Shown in pieces: positions 61,521-64,000 of a stretch of DNA of 64,000 nt. The stretch is from an uncultured Verrucomicrobiae bacterium. GTDB lineage: Bacteria > Verrucomicrobiota > Verrucomicrobiia > Chthoniobacterales > UBA10450. Position 1 is the stretch's first letter. Every line of letters begins with the position of its first letter. Made by a program: the position numbers and the translations under genes. The notes under the pieces are model-generated. The model worked only from the letters and a program-made list of their open reading frames with translations, made no database searches and had not been told where the DNA came from. The stretch lies in NCBI GenBank assembly GCA_963756875.1, contig CAVWPA010000003.1:128001-192000 (forward strand), given 5' to 3'.

Positions 61521-62493
61521 TCAATCGCCGTAGCCGTGCGGAAATTTTTGGTGCCATTTCCATGCGCTCTGGATAATACCATCCAGCGACTGGAACTGCG
61601 GCTGCCAGCCGAGTTCGCGTTTGATTTTATCCGAGGCCGCAACCAAACGCGCCGGATCGCCGGGCCGGCGCGGTTTTTCCACAACTTCGATCTTGCGGCC
61701 GGTGATTTTGCGACAGGCCTCGATCACCTCGCGCACACTCGCACCCCCGCCGGTGCCAAGATTGTAGAACTCACTCCTGGATGAGTCCAGCCCGAGGATA
61801 TGCGCGCGGGCAAGGTCGACAATATGAATGTAGTCGCGGATGCATGTGCCATCCGGCGTCTCGTAATCGGTGCCAAAGATTTCCACATGCGGCTTTTGTC
61901 CAAGCGCGACCTTCATCACGTTTGGGATGAGATGCGTTTCGATTCGATGGTCTTCTCCAAACTTTTTCGACGCCCCGGCGGCGTTGAAATAGCGCAGCGA
62001 AACGAAGGTTAGCCCGTGAATTTGATCGTACCACCGCAATATTTTTTCAAAAGCGAGCTTGGATTCACCGTAAGGATTGATCGGCCGTTGCGGCAGCGTC
62101 TCATCGATCGGTAAACGCTCAGGTGGTCCGAAAGTGGCGCAGGTCGATGAGAAAATGAGGCGGCGCACTCCGGTCGTCACCATGGCATCGAGCAGGTTCA
62201 ATCCATTGCTGATGTTGTTGCGGAAATATTTCGACGGATTCTGCATCGACTCGCCAACCAGCGCGCTGGCTGCGAAATGCATCACCGCATCGGGACGGGC
62301 GTCCGGAACATGTCTTCCCTATTTTTTCCCGGTCCGCCAGGTCGCCTTCGATGAATTGCGCGCGCGGGTCGATCGCGCCGCGATGGCCTTCAGTCAGATT
62401 ATCGAAGACCGCAACCTGATGCCCTTCATCGAGCAGCAGTTCGGCACAAACGCTCCCGATATAGCCGGCCCCGCCGACAACAAGAATTTTCAT
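61521..62493 (-). pseudogene. galE: UDP-glucose 4-epimerase, frameshifted (pseudogene or sequence error)
   Basis: GGAGYIGS N-terminus in one frame; [20 protein letters not shown] and RDYIH in another; one extra base near 62305. Confidence 0.88.
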
Positions 62494-62524
62494 CAGCGGG
62501 AACGTGGCCGCGCCGCGCCGTTAA

Positions 62525-63079
62525 TCAATTCAAAGTGCGCGAGGAAGCGGTGCGGTTCGAAGCCTCGATGGTGCCCAAAGGCTGACCAGCGGGGACTTTT
62601 TTCTGGAGGCTGGCAATCATTTGCCGCACTTGTCGATGTTTCTTCCGGGGCTGCAACACCTGCAGGCTGCGCTGACTGGAACCCCATTCCAGGATATCAA
62701 TATCGACGTTGCGCACGCCCCAGCGCCGCATCTCGAGACGAGTCGACTTGTACAGGTCGATCGTGCTGGTCCCGACCAGCGCGGTCCCATAATCGTCGAT
62801 CACGTATTCTTCTTTCGTATTTACGATTCGGAACCGTGTGCCGAGCGGAAAGCGCGACCAATCCGATGCAGCGCTCTTAATATGATGGCTCGACAAACGC
62901 ATTCCTATCGCGTTGTGCGGGCCGCCCCTTTCCGTTTTCGTGTATGCGGTTGTTCGCACCGTCATATGCCGCGACTGAATATTTGCAGCCGATTGCACAC
63001 GCACCGCGCTTTGTTCTGCACAACTGACGAGGACGCAAGCAACGGCTACACCGATTGCTAGGTTAAGGCATTTCATCAT
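62525..63079 (-). CDS. 3D-domain lipoprotein (lytic transglycosylase-like)
   Basis: LVSC lipobox, RTTAY, AASDW..FPLGT, DDYG, IDLY. Confidence 0.8.
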   Translation of the reverse strand: MMKCLNLAIGVAVACVLVSCAEQSAVRVQSAANIQSRHMTVRTTAYTKTERGGPHNAIGMRLSSHHIKSAASDWSRFPLGTRFRIVNTKEEYVIDDYGTALVGTSTIDLYKSTRLEMRRWGVRNVDIDILEWGSSQRSLQVLQPRKKHRQVRQMIASLQKKVPAGQPLGTIEASNRTASSRTLN

Positions 63080-63172
63080 TTACAACACCGCGGCCTCAGA
63101 TAGCACCGATGCGCCGTCTGGCAAGCGGTTTTTGCCTAACAACAGCAAGGACCGGACGGCGACTTCCCTCTT

Positions 63173-63622
63173 TCACGCAGCCTGCAATTCCGTTGTGCAA
63201 TGCGGGCAACGCTTGGCCTTGATCGGAATCGTCATTGCGCAGGCCGGGCAATCTTTCGAAACGGGAGCGGCGGTCGGCGACGGTCTTTTCATCTTGTTCA
63301 TCCCTTTCACGACCAGAAAAATACAGAACGCCACGATAACAAAATTAATCACCAGCGTAACAAAGTTTCCGTAGTTCCAGGTTACCGCGCCCGCCTTTGC
63401 AGCCTCGGCCGCCGTGTGGAAGACGCCGCCACCGGGAGCATCCTTAAGAACCAAAAACTTATTCGAGAAATCGAGGCCGCCTGTGATTAATCCGATCGGT
63501 GGCATCAGGATGTCTTTTACCAGCGAATTAACGATTCCTCCGAACGCCGCGCCGATAATCACGCCGACTGCGAGATCGATCGCGTTTCCCTTGACGGCAA
63601 ACTCTTTGAATTCTTTCCACAT
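63173..63622 (-). CDS. mscL: Large-conductance mechanosensitive channel
   Basis: [29 protein letters not shown]. Confidence 0.95.
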   Translation of the reverse strand: MWKEFKEFAVKGNAIDLAVGVIIGAAFGGIVNSLVKDILMPPIGLITGGLDFSNKFLVLKDAPGGGVFHTAAEAAKAGAVTWNYGNFVTLVINFVIVAFCIFLVVKGMNKMKRPSPTAAPVSKDCPACAMTIPIKAKRCPHCTTELQAA

Positions 63623-63678
63623 GGGGCGGTTGTGATGTGTACCGGGAATGTTGGCAAGCCTTTTTAGCCGCCCAGGAA

Positions 63679-64000
63679 CTACTTCGTCACAAAGTTGACG
63701 ACTTTGCCTGGCACGACGAGGACCTTCAAATAGCCGTCCGTCAGTCGCTCGTGAACTTTAGGCAGCTTCTCCGCTGCGCTCACCATTTCGTCCTTCGTAG
63801 CCGAGGTGGAAATTTTTAAGACTCCCTGAAACTTTCCGTTCACTTGCACGGGAAGTTCGATTTCGTCCTCAACCAGAAACTTCGGGTCGTACGCGGGCCA
63901 CGGTTGGTCCGTGATATCGCCTTTCGAGCGGAGCCTTTCCCAAAGTTCGGAAGTGAGATGCGGCGCGAATGGATTGAGCAAAACGAGGAACATTCGCATT
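63679..64000 (-). CDS. leuS: Leucine--tRNA ligase, 3' end (runs off the window)
   Basis: [26 protein letters not shown]. Confidence 0.9.
   Translation of the reverse strand, partial: MRMFLVLLNPFAPHLTSELWERLRSKGDITDQPWPAYDPKFLVEDEIELPVQVNGKFQGVLKISTSATKDEMVSAAEKLPKVHERLTDGYLKVLVVPGKVVNFVTK

Overview
A 64-kb chromosomal segment of a GC-rich bacterium. Gene content and protein style suggest Verrucomicrobiota, Chthoniobacterales-like (inference). It is mostly housekeeping: dnaA-dnaN with a candidate oriC, aspS, hisS, the 3' end of leuS, uvrC, miaB, def, folD, bamA-skp, exbBD-tonB, mqnC, glpX, bioF and several cell-wall enzymes. Five things stand out. (1) A 58-aa UBact (Pup-like tag ending RYRQRTGQ) that is missing from the ORF track heads a ubact-prcB-prcA 20S proteasome operon. 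No ligase, deamidase or ATPase gene is nearby, the operon runs straight into two peptidoglycan genes, and a 277-bp MITE sits in its promoter region. (2) A stand-alone nuoABCD-I module faces a frameshifted gene fusing NuoG-like Fe-S, cNMP-binding and polyferredoxin domains. (3) Short palindromic and periodic repeats are dense. Some sit in frame inside uvrC, miaB, a DNA glycosylase and an oxidase, some are nested in each other, and several overlap stop codons. (4) There are two single-base frameshifts (the Fe-S/cNMP gene and galE). (5) There is a start-less signalling-domain remnant. No tRNA, rRNA, CRISPR array or transposase was recognised. All calls come from reading the sequence; no database searches were run.
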